A stretch of DNA of 62,386 nt, from positions 1 to 62,386 of the forward strand of contig CAYNRI010000004.1 of assembly GCA_964399575.1 (NCBI GenBank), in the 5' to 3' direction. Source of the stretch: an uncultured Rikenellaceae bacterium. GTDB taxonomy: Bacteria > Bacteroidota > Bacteroidia > Bacteroidales > VadinHA17. Positions 52,332-62,355 of the stretch are shown in pieces. Every line of letters starts with the position of its first letter. Position 1 is the stretch's first letter. Below the pieces are notes generated by a model that was given only the letters and a program-made list of their open reading frames with translations, had not been told where the DNA came from and ran no database searches. Both the position numbers and the translations under genes were made by a program.

Positions 52332-53057
52332 TCAGAACAGGGTCACCGATTCGATATGATCTTCGGGTATAGCAGGCAGATTCATTAATCGCAGAAGAAC
52401 CTGTCCTATTGCAAGAACATCTTTTTCACAATACCTTACAATACGTTCGATATTCTTCTCCCTGTAATAAATCTCTGAAACCATGCTTCCGTCAATGTCG
52501 TCCTTTGGAGACTGTATTCCAAGAACAGCAGTAAGCAGGTTAAGGGAAGTATAGTTCTTATAATCGCCGAATTTCCACAGATCCATTGTATCCAGCAGTT
52601 TGACCTCCCATGGTTTCTTACCTGCATTATCAAGTATCTCAGGTATCTCAAGCCTGTTTATTATCATCCGCCGGGCTATATAGGGAAAGTCAAACTCTTT
52701 CCCGTTATGTGCACACAGCAGGGCCTCCCTGTTTGATTTTGAAAACTTTGAGACCATTGCCGAGAATTCCTGAAGAATTGTTTTCTCATCATCACCGTAA
52801 AAGGATTTGATCCTCAGACTGAAAGGATTCCTTTCCCTTATGAATCCCACTGAGATACATATTATGCGGCCAAATTCGGAATAGATCCCCGCTCTCTCAA
52901 AAACATCCCCGGCAGACTGGTCAGGATTCCTGAACTGCCTTGATTTTTTGTCCCACAGTTTCTGCTTCAACGGGTCAAGCAACTCCAATGAAGGAACCTC
53001 AGGGACTGTTTCAATATCAATGAAAAGGATGTCCTCAACCTTTATACTTTCAAGCAT
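52332..53057 (-). CDS. Predicted 3'-5' exonuclease (PolB-exonuclease-like / RNase H fold)
   Basis: FIDIET (Exo I-like), HNG..FD.P (Exo II-like) and YCE.DV (Exo III-like). Confidence 0.6.
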   Translation of the reverse strand: MLESIKVEDILFIDIETVPEVPSLELLDPLKQKLWDKKSRQFRNPDQSAGDVFERAGIYSEFGRIICISVGFIRERNPFSLRIKSFYGDDEKTILQEFSAMVSKFSKSNREALLCAHNGKEFDFPYIARRMIINRLEIPEILDNAGKKPWEVKLLDTMDLWKFGDYKNYTSLNLLTAVLGIQSPKDDIDGSMVSEIYYREKNIERIVRYCEKDVLAIGQVLLRLMNLPAIPEDHIESVTLF

Positions 53058-53679
53058 CTTCCCCGGTTTTTTTATTGAGATGTTTCTCTATTATTGAAAC
53101 AAGTACCTCTATCCCGACCTCATTTTCTCCACCACGTGGAATTATTACGTCGGCATATCTTTTTGAGGGTTCAATGAACTGAAGATGTGAAGGTTTAACA
53201 GTATCATTATAACGCTCAAGTACAACTTGCACCGATCTGCCTCTCTCGGCTATATCCCTTTGAATTACTCGTCCAAGACGATCATCAGCATCGGCATCAA
53301 CAAAGACCTTTATATCGAACATCTTTCTCAGGCCAGTGTCAGCAAGTATAAGTATCCCTTCAACTATTACAACTGTGGCCGGTTTGACTGTAATTGTCTC
53401 TTCTGACCTCAGACAGGTCAGATATGAATAGACAGGCATTTCAATAGTCTTGCCCTTTTTCAGTTGCTGCAGATGGTCAATAAGCAGGCTGAACTCAAGA
53501 GAATCGGGATGGTCAAAGTTTATCTTCTGCCTCTCTTCCAGCGTTATATGTCTGTTATCCCTGTAATAAGCGTCCTGCGGTATAACAATAACCTCACCAT
53601 TCGGAAACACATTCAGCAATTTATTTACAACAGTAGTTTTGCCTGAACCAGTCCCTCCTGCTATTCCAACAATAAGCAT
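53050..53679 (-). CDS. udk: Uridine kinase
   Basis: P-loop GIAGGTGSGKTT, NFDHPD, EGIL and the RD..ERGR motif. Confidence 0.85.
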   Translation of the reverse strand: MLIVGIAGGTGSGKTTVVNKLLNVFPNGEVIVIPQDAYYRDNRHITLEERQKINFDHPDSLEFSLLIDHLQQLKKGKTIEMPVYSYLTCLRSEETITVKPATVVIVEGILILADTGLRKMFDIKVFVDADADDRLGRVIQRDIAERGRSVQVVLERYNDTVKPSHLQFIEPSKRYADVIIPRGGENEVGIEVLVSIIEKHLNKKTGEDA

Positions 53680-53686
53680 TTATTTG

Positions 53687-53694
53687 TAATTTTG
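53687..53694 (+). promoter_or_regulatory. -7 promoter box TAATTTTG upstream of the mannose-6-phosphate isomerase gene
   Basis: Exact TAnnTTTG match 85 nt upstream of the ATG at 53779. Confidence 0.25.
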
Positions 53695-53778
53695 TATAAA
53701 TTAAAGTTACAAAAAAAGTAATTATTTATCAAGTAACTGATTTCTTCAGAAGGAAGTTTTACTTACATTGCTAATAAT

Positions 53779-54774
53779 ATGTCAGAATTGTACCCGATTA
53801 AATTTGAAAGTATCCTGAAAGAAAAGATCTGGGGAGGTACTTTCTTCGCAAATCATCTGCATAAAAAAGCTGATCCTTCAGTGAAATATGGGGAAAGCTG
53901 GGAATTATCGGCAGTAAAAGATAATGTATCAGTCGTAAGTAATGGATTCCTTTCAGGCAATAATATAGAAGAACTGATTGAGGTTTATATGGGGGATCTT
54001 ACAGGAGATACTATATTTGATAAGTTCGGTAATGAATTCCCTCTGCTGATAAAACTGATTGAAGCCAGAGAAGACCTGTCGATACAGGTTCATCCCGGCA
54101 ACAAGATGGCAAAAGAGAGACACAGTGCTTACGGGAAGACCGAGATGTGGTATGTACTTGAGAGCGGCAATGATTCGAAAATATTTACAGGATTTAAAAA
54201 GCCTTACTCCAGGGAGGATTACCTTAATGCGCTTAACTCAGGCGGCCTTGCAGAACTCCTTAATTCTGACTGGACAAAGCCAGGGGATGTATTTTTTACA
54301 CCTGCTGGCAGAATACATGCAATTGGAGCCGGTAATGTACTTGTTGAAATACAGCAGACCTCTGATATAACATACAGGATCTCAGACTGGAACAGGATGG
54401 GACATGACGGTAACCCGAGGGAGCTTCATACTGATCTGGCTCTTGATGCAATTGATTTCAATGCAACAGGCAGCAATAAAATTGAGAAGATTCCTGTTAT
54501 AAATAAGACTGAAAACCTTGTAAACTGTGAATTTTTCATTACGAACATAATCAACTTTAATCAGATCATCCGTAAAGATTACATGCTTATCGATTCATTT
54601 GTAATTTTCATATGTATCGAGGGAGAGTTCCTGATCAGATGGGACGGTAATTCAGAACCGGTCCTGAAAGGTGAAACAATTCTTCTTCCCGCAATGATAA
54701 AGGAAGTAGTCCTTGAGCCTTCACCCGAAGCAAAGGTCCTGGAAGTATTCATAAATGAACCTAAAAGAAACTAA
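53779..54774 (+). CDS. manA: Class I mannose-6-phosphate isomerase
   Basis: YPIKF....KEKIWGG, LSIQVHP, KTEMWYVL and P.G..HAIG motifs. Confidence 0.8.
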   Translation: MSELYPIKFESILKEKIWGGTFFANHLHKKADPSVKYGESWELSAVKDNVSVVSNGFLSGNNIEELIEVYMGDLTGDTIFDKFGNEFPLLIKLIEAREDLSIQVHPGNKMAKERHSAYGKTEMWYVLESGNDSKIFTGFKKPYSREDYLNALNSGGLAELLNSDWTKPGDVFFTPAGRIHAIGAGNVLVEIQQTSDITYRISDWNRMGHDGNPRELHTDLALDAIDFNATGSNKIEKIPVINKTENLVNCEFFITNIINFNQIIRKDYMLIDSFVIFICIEGEFLIRWDGNSEPVLKGETILLPAMIKEVVLEPSPEAKVLEVFINEPKRN

Positions 54775-54785
54775 TAATATAAACA

Positions 54786-55553
54786 ATGAAACCATTCCCG
54801 ATTTATTTTGCAATTTTCCTGACTATAATCCTGTCGGCTTGTTCAGGAAGAGGATCTTCAAAACAAAATGCTGTTGCTGAAGCTGATACAGTATCAGTGC
54901 CCGACACTGGCTATACGGGTATCAAACAATATATGAGCGGTAATCTTCTTGTCAAAGAAGTTACATTTAAAAATGGTGTAAGACAGGGGCTTACTAAAAC
55001 ATATTATCAGTCAGGTGAACTCTACCAGACATTCTGGTATGAGAACGGCGTGCGGGTAGACACAGGCAGGTATTATTACAGGGAAGGTCAGCTCTTCAGG
55101 GAAACACCATATAAGAGCGACACAATAGACGGAATACAGATACAGTATTACAGGGGAGGAAAGATAAGGGCTAAAATAGGTTTCAGCCAGGGAAAGAGAA
55201 CTCCCTACCTGGAAGAATTTACTTCTGAGGGTAAACTTTTCAGGGATTACCCTGAAATTGTTGTCAATGTTATTGATGAATATAACTCAAAAGGGATCTA
55301 CAGGATCGGACTTGAACTGTCTGATAAAAAAACAAAAGTAGATTTTTACAGGGGTGAATTTATAAATAACAGGTTCGATACAGCTCTTTACAAACAGATA
55401 AAATCGGTCAACGGAACGGCCCGGCTCGATCTTAAAAAAAGCGGTAAACCAGGTCAGAATTATATCGGAATAATAGCTTCGATGCTTACCCCATACGGAA
55501 ACAGAAACCTTGTATACAGGAGGATCGAATTGCCCTATAATGACCTCAATTAG
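54786..55553 (+). CDS. Lipoprotein with MORN-variant (YwqK-like) repeats
   Basis: Lipobox LSAC. Repeated G...(K/E)...Y..G......Y.NG units. Confidence 0.55.
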   Translation: MKPFPIYFAIFLTIILSACSGRGSSKQNAVAEADTVSVPDTGYTGIKQYMSGNLLVKEVTFKNGVRQGLTKTYYQSGELYQTFWYENGVRVDTGRYYYREGQLFRETPYKSDTIDGIQIQYYRGGKIRAKIGFSQGKRTPYLEEFTSEGKLFRDYPEIVVNVIDEYNSKGIYRIGLELSDKKTKVDFYRGEFINNRFDTALYKQIKSVNGTARLDLKKSGKPGQNYIGIIASMLTPYGNRNLVYRRIELPYNDLN

Positions 55554-55560
55554 AAAGGAC

Positions 55561-56169
55561 ATGCTGATTCGTTCTGCCAGTTTTGTCAAAAGCAGTGAAA
55601 CACTGAAGCAATGCCCGGAAGCCGGTCTGCCTGAATTCGGTTTCATAGGCCGTTCAAATGTCGGGAAATCATCAATTATCAATATGATCACAGGATGGTC
55701 AAGGCTGGCAAGAATATCATCCGAACCCGGAAAAACGAGAACTATAAATCACTATCTTATAAATTCCGGGTGGTACCTGGTAGATCTGCCTGGATACGGC
55801 TATGCAAGAGTCCCTATTAAGCTGAGGGACAAATGGCAGAAAAATACAAGGGATTACATTACAAGGAGGGAAACACTTATATGCCTGTTCGTACTTATTG
55901 ATTCACGTCTTAAACCCCAGCGATCTGACCTTGAATTCATGGAATTCCTCGGAAGAAGCGGGATCCCCTTTGCCAGGGTATTCACAAAAAGCGATAAATT
56001 AAGCCGGCCGGATCTGAAAAAATCAATACAGCAATATGACGGGGCGATGCTTCAAATATGGGAAAACCTGCCCTCAACATTTATTTCATCAACAGTCAAA
56101 CGGACTGGAAGAGAGGAGATTCTGAGCTTCATAGAAGAAACTATCAACAATTTGAAAAAAGATTCCTGA
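55561..56169 (+). CDS. engB: Ribosome-biogenesis GTPase YihA/EngB
   Basis: F.GRSNVGKSS.IN, DLPGYGYA and TK.DK motifs. The ATG at 55561 (MLIRSASFV) avoids overlapping the previous gene; the track ORF starts at 55510. Confidence 0.85.
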   Translation: MLIRSASFVKSSETLKQCPEAGLPEFGFIGRSNVGKSSIINMITGWSRLARISSEPGKTRTINHYLINSGWYLVDLPGYGYARVPIKLRDKWQKNTRDYITRRETLICLFVLIDSRLKPQRSDLEFMEFLGRSGIPFARVFTKSDKLSRPDLKKSIQQYDGAMLQIWENLPSTFISSTVKRTGREEILSFIEETINNLKKDS

Positions 56170-56185
56170 AATTTTCAGGAATATT

Positions 56186-56193
56186 TAATTTTG
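56186..56193 (+). promoter_or_regulatory. -7 promoter box TAATTTTG upstream of prs
   Basis: Exact TAnnTTTG match 40 nt upstream of the ATG at 56233. Confidence 0.3.
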
Positions 56194-56232
56194 TAGGCAC
56201 AATCTTTATCAATTAAGCAAAGGACAGATCCT

Positions 56233-57171
56233 ATGTACGGTAAAGCACCAATGAAAATCTTTTCCTGCAGGTCATCACGCCAGCTGGCAGAGAAGATAGC
56301 AAAGGAGCTGGGAGTGGAACTTGGCAATAGCTCTGTAACCAGTTTCAGCGATGGTGAATTCCAGCCTTGTTTTGATGAATCTGTCAGAGGTGATATGGTT
56401 TTCATTGTCCAGTCTACTAATCCTCCTGCAGATAATATTTTTGAGCTCCTTCTCATGATCGACGCTGCGAAGAGAGCGTCTGCCTATAAGGTTATCGCTG
56501 TTATACCATATTACGGATTTGCCCGTCAGGACAGGAAAGACAGACCAAGAGTATCAATCGGATCAAAACTGTCGGCTGACCTGTTAAGCACGGCAGGTGT
56601 TGACAGGGTAATGACAATGGATCTGCACGCCGACCAGATACAGGGATTCTTTAATGTCCCAGTAGATCATCTTTTCGGCTCAGCAATATTCGCTCCATAT
56701 ATAGAAGCCCTGAAGCTTGATAACCTGACAGTCTCAGCTCCCGATATGGGAGGTTCCAAAAGAGCCAACGCCTATTCAAGACACCTTCAGACTGAAATGG
56801 TCCTGTGCTACAAACTGAGGAAAAAACCGAATGTCGTTGAGGAGATGTCGATAATTGGGGAAGTAGAGGGAAGGAATGTCGTAATAATTGACGATATGAT
56901 CGATACAGCCGGGACCCTTGTGCTTGCAGCTGATATGATGAAGGAGCGGGGAGCAAAAAGCATAAGGGCTTTTGCTACACACCCCATCCTGTCAGGGAAT
57001 GCCGTTGAAAGAATAAATAATTCAGCTATTGAGGAACTCGTAGTCACTGACTCTGTCCCCATAAATAAAACTTCAGATAAAATAAAAGTGCTTTCAATAG
57101 CCCAGATCTTCGCCAAAACGATCCAGGCAGTCACAAACAATAGTTCAATAAGCACAAATTTTGTATTCTGA
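56233..57171 (+). CDS. prs: Ribose-phosphate pyrophosphokinase
   Basis: Y.GYARQDRK, DLHA.QIQGFF and VIIDDMIDTAGT motifs. An alternative ATG is at 56251. Confidence 0.9.
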   Translation: MYGKAPMKIFSCRSSRQLAEKIAKELGVELGNSSVTSFSDGEFQPCFDESVRGDMVFIVQSTNPPADNIFELLLMIDAAKRASAYKVIAVIPYYGFARQDRKDRPRVSIGSKLSADLLSTAGVDRVMTMDLHADQIQGFFNVPVDHLFGSAIFAPYIEALKLDNLTVSAPDMGGSKRANAYSRHLQTEMVLCYKLRKKPNVVEEMSIIGEVEGRNVVIIDDMIDTAGTLVLAADMMKERGAKSIRAFATHPILSGNAVERINNSAIEELVVTDSVPINKTSDKIKVLSIAQIFAKTIQAVTNNSSISTNFVF

Positions 57172-57182
57172 TCCCTTTATAA

Positions 57183-57190
57183 TATATTTG
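57183..57190 (+). promoter_or_regulatory. -7 promoter box TATATTTG upstream of rplY/ctc
   Basis: Exact TAnnTTTG match 77 nt upstream of the ATG at 57267. Confidence 0.3.
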
Positions 57191-57266
57191 CAGTCCGTTT
57201 TTTTATAATATTTAACGTGTAATGGGTTCCGTTTCACGGAATGAGTAGCACAATAATACTTTAACA

Positions 57267-57938
57267 ATGAAGACAATCGAAATCAGGGGATCGTTCAGGA
57301 AAGAACTGGGAAAGAAAAGCTCAAAACAGATCAGAAAAGTTGGGAATGTGCCTTGTGTTATTTATGATAAGGAAAGCAATCTGCACTTCCATGCTCATGA
57401 GAACAGCTTTCAGAAACTCGTATATACGCATGAAGCTCACCTTGTAAAACTGTTGATTGACGATCAGGAAATTAATGCTGTCCTTCAGGACATGCAGTTC
57501 CATCCTGTGACAGATAAAATAATTCATGCCGATTTTATGAAGATCTACGATCACAAGCCTGTTGTGATAGATGTTCCTGTGACTGTCACCGGAGATGCTG
57601 CCGGGGTAAAGGCAGGCGGCAAACTGATAGTGAAAAGAAGACATCTGAAGGTAAAAGGACTTGCTGAACACCTCCCTGAAGACCTTGTTGTTGATGTTAC
57701 CGACCTAAAAATAAACCATTCGATAAAAGTCGGCGAACTCGCCTATAATAATATTGAATTGCTCGATCCGAAGATTACAACTGTAGTCTCTGTTGCTACC
57801 TCACGCGTTGCTCTCAAGACTGAAGAGGAAGAGGCTGCTGAGGCCGCCGCCGCCGCCGGAGCTGAAGGAGCTCAGGCAGCTGCCGAAGGAACTGCTGAAG
57901 GTAAGGATAAGGAAAAGGATAAAGAAAAGAAATCTTAA
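57267..57938 (+). CDS. rplY: 50S ribosomal protein L25 / general stress protein Ctc, with an acidic Ala/Lys-rich tail
   Basis: R...GK...R..R..G..P.V.Y at the N-terminus and a two-domain Ctc-length protein. The C-terminal tail is EEEEAAEAAAAAGAEG...KDKEKDKEKKS. Confidence 0.85.
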   Translation: MKTIEIRGSFRKELGKKSSKQIRKVGNVPCVIYDKESNLHFHAHENSFQKLVYTHEAHLVKLLIDDQEINAVLQDMQFHPVTDKIIHADFMKIYDHKPVVIDVPVTVTGDAAGVKAGGKLIVKRRHLKVKGLAEHLPEDLVVDVTDLKINHSIKVGELAYNNIELLDPKITTVVSVATSRVALKTEEEEAAEAAAAAGAEGAQAAAEGTAEGKDKEKDKEKKS

Positions 57939-57962
57939 TCCCTCTTTAATTTATCAGGCACA

Positions 57963-58583
57963 ATGAAGTATCTTATAGTTGGCCTGGGAAATATTGGTGA
58001 CGAGTACTCTGATACCCGGCATAACATTGGATTTACAGTTCTTGATGCATTCGTTTCAGCAGCAGGTTCTTCATTTGATGACAAACGCTATGGCTTTATT
58101 TCAAGGATAAAATATAAAGGACGTGAACTGATCCTTCTTAAGCCATCAACATTCATGAATTTAAGCGGAAACGCTGTCAGATACTGGCTGAACAAAGAGA
58201 AGATCCCTGTCGAAAATCTTCTTGTGATAGTGGATGACCTGGCTATTCCTCTCGGAAGCATCAGGATGAGAGCCAAAGGCAGTGACGGAGGCCATAATGG
58301 ACTCGCTCACATAAATTCAGTTCTTGCAACAAACGTTTATGCACGCATCAGAATAGGAATCGGCAACGGATTCCCTAAAGGAGCACAGGTTAATTATGTC
58401 CTGGGAAGATGGACCAATGAAGAAATGCATTTCCTCCTGGATAGGATAGGGATAGTAAGTGAAATGATAAAATCATTCTGCACGGCTGGCACCGAACTTA
58501 CAATGACTTCCTACAATAAGGAAGGCAAAGTGCAGGTAAAGGAAGTGAATAAGCGATCCCCGGAAAAGACTGGCACGGAATAA
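57963..58583 (+). CDS. pth: Peptidyl-tRNA hydrolase
   Basis: LIVGLGN.G.EY..TRHN.GF, MNLSG and GG.NG motifs. Confidence 0.9.
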   Translation: MKYLIVGLGNIGDEYSDTRHNIGFTVLDAFVSAAGSSFDDKRYGFISRIKYKGRELILLKPSTFMNLSGNAVRYWLNKEKIPVENLLVIVDDLAIPLGSIRMRAKGSDGGHNGLAHINSVLATNVYARIRIGIGNGFPKGAQVNYVLGRWTNEEMHFLLDRIGIVSEMIKSFCTAGTELTMTSYNKEGKVQVKEVNKRSPEKTGTE

Positions 58584-58598
58584 TCTTTCACTGTTAAG

Positions 58599-59000
58599 AT
58601 GAACGATAACGATATCCAGGCAGTAAGAATAGACAAATTCCTCTGGGCAGTCAGGATCTATAAGACCAGAGGACAGGCTATCAGCGCCTGTAAAATGGGA
58701 AGAATACTTGTAAATGGAAACCTGGTCAAACCTTCAAGGGATATTGAAGGAAATGAAATCCTTACTGTACGAAAGCCTCCTGTAATATATTCTTACAGGG
58801 TAATAAGGCCTCTGTCAAACAGGGTCACTGCTAAAATGGTGGAGAGCTATCTTGCAGATATTACCCCGGACAGTGAAAAAGCAAAACTTAGCCTTACACG
58901 CACAGATCCGTTCGGTTACAGAAAAAAAGGAGAAGGACGCCCTACAAAAAAAGAAAGAAGGATAATAGATAAATGGAAAGACAATTCCGGAGATCTGTAA
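58599..59000 (+). CDS. S4-domain RNA-binding protein (Hsp15/HslR-like)
   Basis: VRIDKFLW..R..KTR..A......G...VNG...KPS motif. Confidence 0.75.
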   Translation: MNDNDIQAVRIDKFLWAVRIYKTRGQAISACKMGRILVNGNLVKPSRDIEGNEILTVRKPPVIYSYRVIRPLSNRVTAKMVESYLADITPDSEKAKLSLTRTDPFGYRKKGEGRPTKKERRIIDKWKDNSGDL

Positions 59001-59114
59001 CATAGTGGTATAAAGACGTATATTGGGGCTAAATACCCTGTACCGGTGAACACTTTAAATCCATTTTTTATAAATTGCGCCAATCCGCGAATTTGATCGT
59101 CTCAATCACGGTAA

Positions 59115-60458
59115 ATGAGTCTTCACGGGATGGGTAAGGAAAACATTGAAAAGTATTCCAGGGGGTATACATTAATAAGGAAAATTTCAGGTTTCTGGCA
59201 TAATAATGTATATTACAGGAAGGTTATCGTGACCGGACGTGAAAACTATAATCCAGACGACCACCTTATTTTTGCCCCTAATCATCAGAATGCCCTGATG
59301 GATGCTCTTGCGATAGTCTACGCCCTGAAAACCCAACCAATTTGTCTTACGCGTGCCGATATATTCAAAAAAAAATTCGTATCCTCAATACTTTATTACC
59401 TGAAAATGCTGCCTGTATACAGGATCAGGGACGGATTCACTTCCCTTAAGGGCAACGAGGAGATATTTGAAAAAACAATAAGTGTATTACATAATAAAAA
59501 CGGGCTTGTAATACTTCCTGAAGGTAACCATGCAGGCTTCAGGAGACTGAGACAGCTGAAAAAAGGTATCTGCAGAATAGCATTCCAGGCCGATGAAGCA
59601 TCAGATTTCAGTCTTAAAATAAAAATAATACCCGTTGGACTTGAGTTCAGCCACTATACCAGATACAGACAGGTCCTGACTGTTGCATTCGGGAAACCAA
59701 TTGAAGTCTCCGAGTTTTATGACATTTATAATCAGAACCCTGAGATAGCCCTTAATGAGCTGAGGAAAAAACTCTCGGCTGAAATGAAAAAAGTAATGGT
59801 CCATATTGAGTCGGAGGAGGACTATGAAGCCCTAGACGAGCTAAGATCCCTTATTAACGGGCAGCACAGCGATGATGTGAAGTTCCCTAAACTGTTCCGC
59901 GACAGGATACTTATAGATAAACTTAACGGACTTAAAGCCACTGACCTCTCTCTGTATAAAAAAATATGTTCTCTAACCCTCAGGATAAAACAGAAAGCCA
60001 GGAAGCTGAAAACTGATTACAGGCTTCTGGCAAAAAAGAAACACTCGCTTGGATGGCTCCTGACAGGAAGCGCCGGACTTATTGCTTCCTTACCCCTTTT
60101 CCTCTACGGTAATATATTTAACCTTACATTCCTTTCAATTCCAAACTACCAGACCCGGAAAATAAAAGATATTCAGTTCCACAGTACAATGAAATACGGA
60201 TTTTCACTGGCCCTGGCTATTATTCTGACACCATTGTTCCTGATCCTTTCATTTATTATCTTTTCTCCCTGGTGGTTTTCATTATTAGTCTTCCTGACAA
60301 TCCCGCTCTCCGGTCTGTTTGCATGGCATTATTATCTTGAATTGAAGAGGATAATCGGGGGATTCCGGATTAAAAACTATCTTCGGACCCGGAACCAGGA
60401 GTACCTGGACCTCAAGAGAGATCACGATGAATTAGTCAGGATTGTAACAGCCCTTTAA
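59115..60458 (+). CDS. Lysophospholipid/glycerol-phosphate acyltransferase family protein with C-terminal TM helices
   Basis: Acyltransferase blocks (APNHQNALMDAL; ILPEGNH) followed by roughly three hydrophobic helices at the C-terminus. Confidence 0.6.
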   Translation: MSLHGMGKENIEKYSRGYTLIRKISGFWHNNVYYRKVIVTGRENYNPDDHLIFAPNHQNALMDALAIVYALKTQPICLTRADIFKKKFVSSILYYLKMLPVYRIRDGFTSLKGNEEIFEKTISVLHNKNGLVILPEGNHAGFRRLRQLKKGICRIAFQADEASDFSLKIKIIPVGLEFSHYTRYRQVLTVAFGKPIEVSEFYDIYNQNPEIALNELRKKLSAEMKKVMVHIESEEDYEALDELRSLINGQHSDDVKFPKLFRDRILIDKLNGLKATDLSLYKKICSLTLRIKQKARKLKTDYRLLAKKKHSLGWLLTGSAGLIASLPLFLYGNIFNLTFLSIPNYQTRKIKDIQFHSTMKYGFSLALAIILTPLFLILSFIIFSPWWFSLLVFLTIPLSGLFAWHYYLELKRIIGGFRIKNYLRTRNQEYLDLKRDHDELVRIVTAL

Positions 60459-60460
60459 AC

Positions 60461-61264
60461 ATGACAAGAAATACTTTCCAGGGGAAGAATGCATGGATAA
60501 CAGGAGCTTCATCCGGCATAGGAGAAGCGCTCGTTTATGAATTTGTCAACAGAGGTGCTAAAGTAATTATATCATCAAATGATGATCCCGGACTGGAAAG
60601 GGTCAGAAAAGCCTGCGGTGAAAAAGCAGGTAATGTTATCTGCATTCCCTTTGATCTCGCTGAGACCTCAGCTATAGAAAGCCTTGTTGAGGAGCAGATG
60701 AATAAAATCGGGAACATAGACTACCTGTTGAATATCGGCGGTATAAGCCAGCGGGCAAGGGTTGATGAAACACCCCTGTGGCTCGACCGTAAAATATTCG
60801 AAATAAATTATTTCGGAACTGTTGCACTGACAAAAGCGGTATTGCCCTATATGATCAGACAAAAATCAGGTCATATAATTGCGACGAGCAGTATCGCTGG
60901 ACGTTTTGGCTTTCCCCTGCGCTCCGCCTATTCGGCTTCAAAACAGGCCCTTCACGGATTTTTTGAAACCGTCTTCCTCGAAAATAAGAAACATAATATA
61001 AGGACCTCTGTAATCATCCCAGGCAGGGTAAGAACTAAAATTTCCTATCATGCATTGAACTCCGAAGGAAAAGAGCATGGCCAGATGGATAAAGGCCTCG
61101 ACAAAGGAATTTCACCTCAGAAGGCTGCTGAAACTATTATCAGCGGTATCTTAAAGAACAGAAGAGAGATACTTGTCGGAGGAAAAGAGCTCATGATGCT
61201 ACATATCCGAAGGTTGTGCCCCTGGCTGTTCTTCCGAATAGGCGACAGAATCAAATCAACATAA
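60461..61264 (+). CDS. Short-chain dehydrogenase/reductase (SDR)
   Basis: TGASSGIGEA, NIGG and the YSASK catalytic motif. Confidence 0.8.
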   Translation: MTRNTFQGKNAWITGASSGIGEALVYEFVNRGAKVIISSNDDPGLERVRKACGEKAGNVICIPFDLAETSAIESLVEEQMNKIGNIDYLLNIGGISQRARVDETPLWLDRKIFEINYFGTVALTKAVLPYMIRQKSGHIIATSSIAGRFGFPLRSAYSASKQALHGFFETVFLENKKHNIRTSVIIPGRVRTKISYHALNSEGKEHGQMDKGLDKGISPQKAAETIISGILKNRREILVGGKELMMLHIRRLCPWLFFRIGDRIKST

Positions 61265-61275
61265 CAAAATATAAA

Positions 61276-62355
61276 ATGCAAAAGGGGTATAAGATCTGTG
61301 GGATACAGCAAATTGGGATCGGGGTAAAAAACCTTAATGAAGCCTGGAAATATTACATCCGTAATTTTGGAATGGACTGCCGGATCTTTGATGATGATTC
61401 AGAGGCCAGACTGATGCTGCCTTATACAGGTGGACAGCCCAGGAACAGGCATGCTGTGCTGGCATTGAATCTTCAGAGTGGTGGCGGATTCGAGATATGG
61501 CAGTATAAGGACAGAGATCCTCAGCAAATAAAGGAAGAGATCAGACTTGGCGATACCGGCATCATAGCCTGTAAAATGAAAGTGAAAATGATTGATAAAG
61601 CTTATGCTTTCCTTAAAAACAATAATGTCAGACTGCTTGGTGAGCCCGTGCAGGATCCTTCAGGAAAGAAAACATTCTTTCTAAAGGATCCTTATGATAA
61701 TATTTTTCAGATGGTGGAGGGAAATAACTGGTTCATTGATGAGAAAAAGGAATCGGGTGGTACTAATGGCGTAATAATTGGAGTTTCCGATATTGAAAAG
61801 GCTAAGGTACTTTACTCAGACATCCTTGGTTATGATCTTGTCGTATATGATAAAACAGATGTTTTCCCGGATCTTTCATCGCTGCCCGGAGGGGAAAACA
61901 AGATCCGCAGAGTTCTCCTGAAAGCATCCGAGCCTTTCAGTGGTCCGTTCACAAGGATCTTCGGCCAGAGCCAGATCGAACTGGTCAGCACCGTTGGCAG
62001 ACAAGGAAAGAAAATATTTGAAGGGCGCTTCTGGGGCGATCCCGGATTTATACATCTCTGTTTTGATATCAGGGGAATGGATGAACTTAAGAGCTATTGC
62101 CTTAGCAGGGATTACCCTTTTACAGTCGACAGCAAAAAAAGTCATGATGGAAACAGCTTTGACATGGGTGAAGCTGCAGGGCATTTTTCTTATGTAGAAG
62201 ATCCTGATGGTACCCTGATTGAATTTGTTGAATCACATAAACTGCCTGTGCTTAAGAAAATCGGATGGTATATCGATCTTCGCAGGAGAGCCTTCAAGCC
62301 CCTGCCCGACTGGATTTTAAAAACATTAAGATTCTCGCGTGTAAAGATCCGATAA
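61276..62355 (+). CDS. VOC (glyoxalase/bleomycin-resistance fold) family protein, two-module
   Basis: Two beta-alpha-beta-beta-beta-type modules (IQQIGIGVKNL..A..YY; GVIIGVSDIEKA..LY..ILGY; F.DPDG.LIEFVE). The ATG at 61276 avoids overlapping the SDR gene; the track ORF starts at 61216. Confidence 0.55.
   Translation: MQKGYKICGIQQIGIGVKNLNEAWKYYIRNFGMDCRIFDDDSEARLMLPYTGGQPRNRHAVLALNLQSGGGFEIWQYKDRDPQQIKEEIRLGDTGIIACKMKVKMIDKAYAFLKNNNVRLLGEPVQDPSGKKTFFLKDPYDNIFQMVEGNNWFIDEKKESGGTNGVIIGVSDIEKAKVLYSDILGYDLVVYDKTDVFPDLSSLPGGENKIRRVLLKASEPFSGPFTRIFGQSQIELVSTVGRQGKKIFEGRFWGDPGFIHLCFDIRGMDELKSYCLSRDYPFTVDSKKSHDGNSFDMGEAAGHFSYVEDPDGTLIEFVESHKLPVLKKIGWYIDLRRRAFKPLPDWILKTLRFSRVKIR

Noticed and set aside
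55287-56456. Minus-strand ORFs 55287-55691 (134 aa) and 56175-56456 (93 aa).
   Set aside because: They overlap the MORN-repeat lipoprotein/engB genes and the prs gene antisense, respectively, and have no motifs of their own.
57822-57935. Low-complexity EEEEAAEAAAAAGAEGAQAAAEGTAEGKDKEKDKEKKS tail on L25/Ctc.
   Set aside because: It is in frame and contiguous with a normal Ctc-type protein. It looks like a disordered C-terminal extension, not a separate feature or a repeat expansion artefact.
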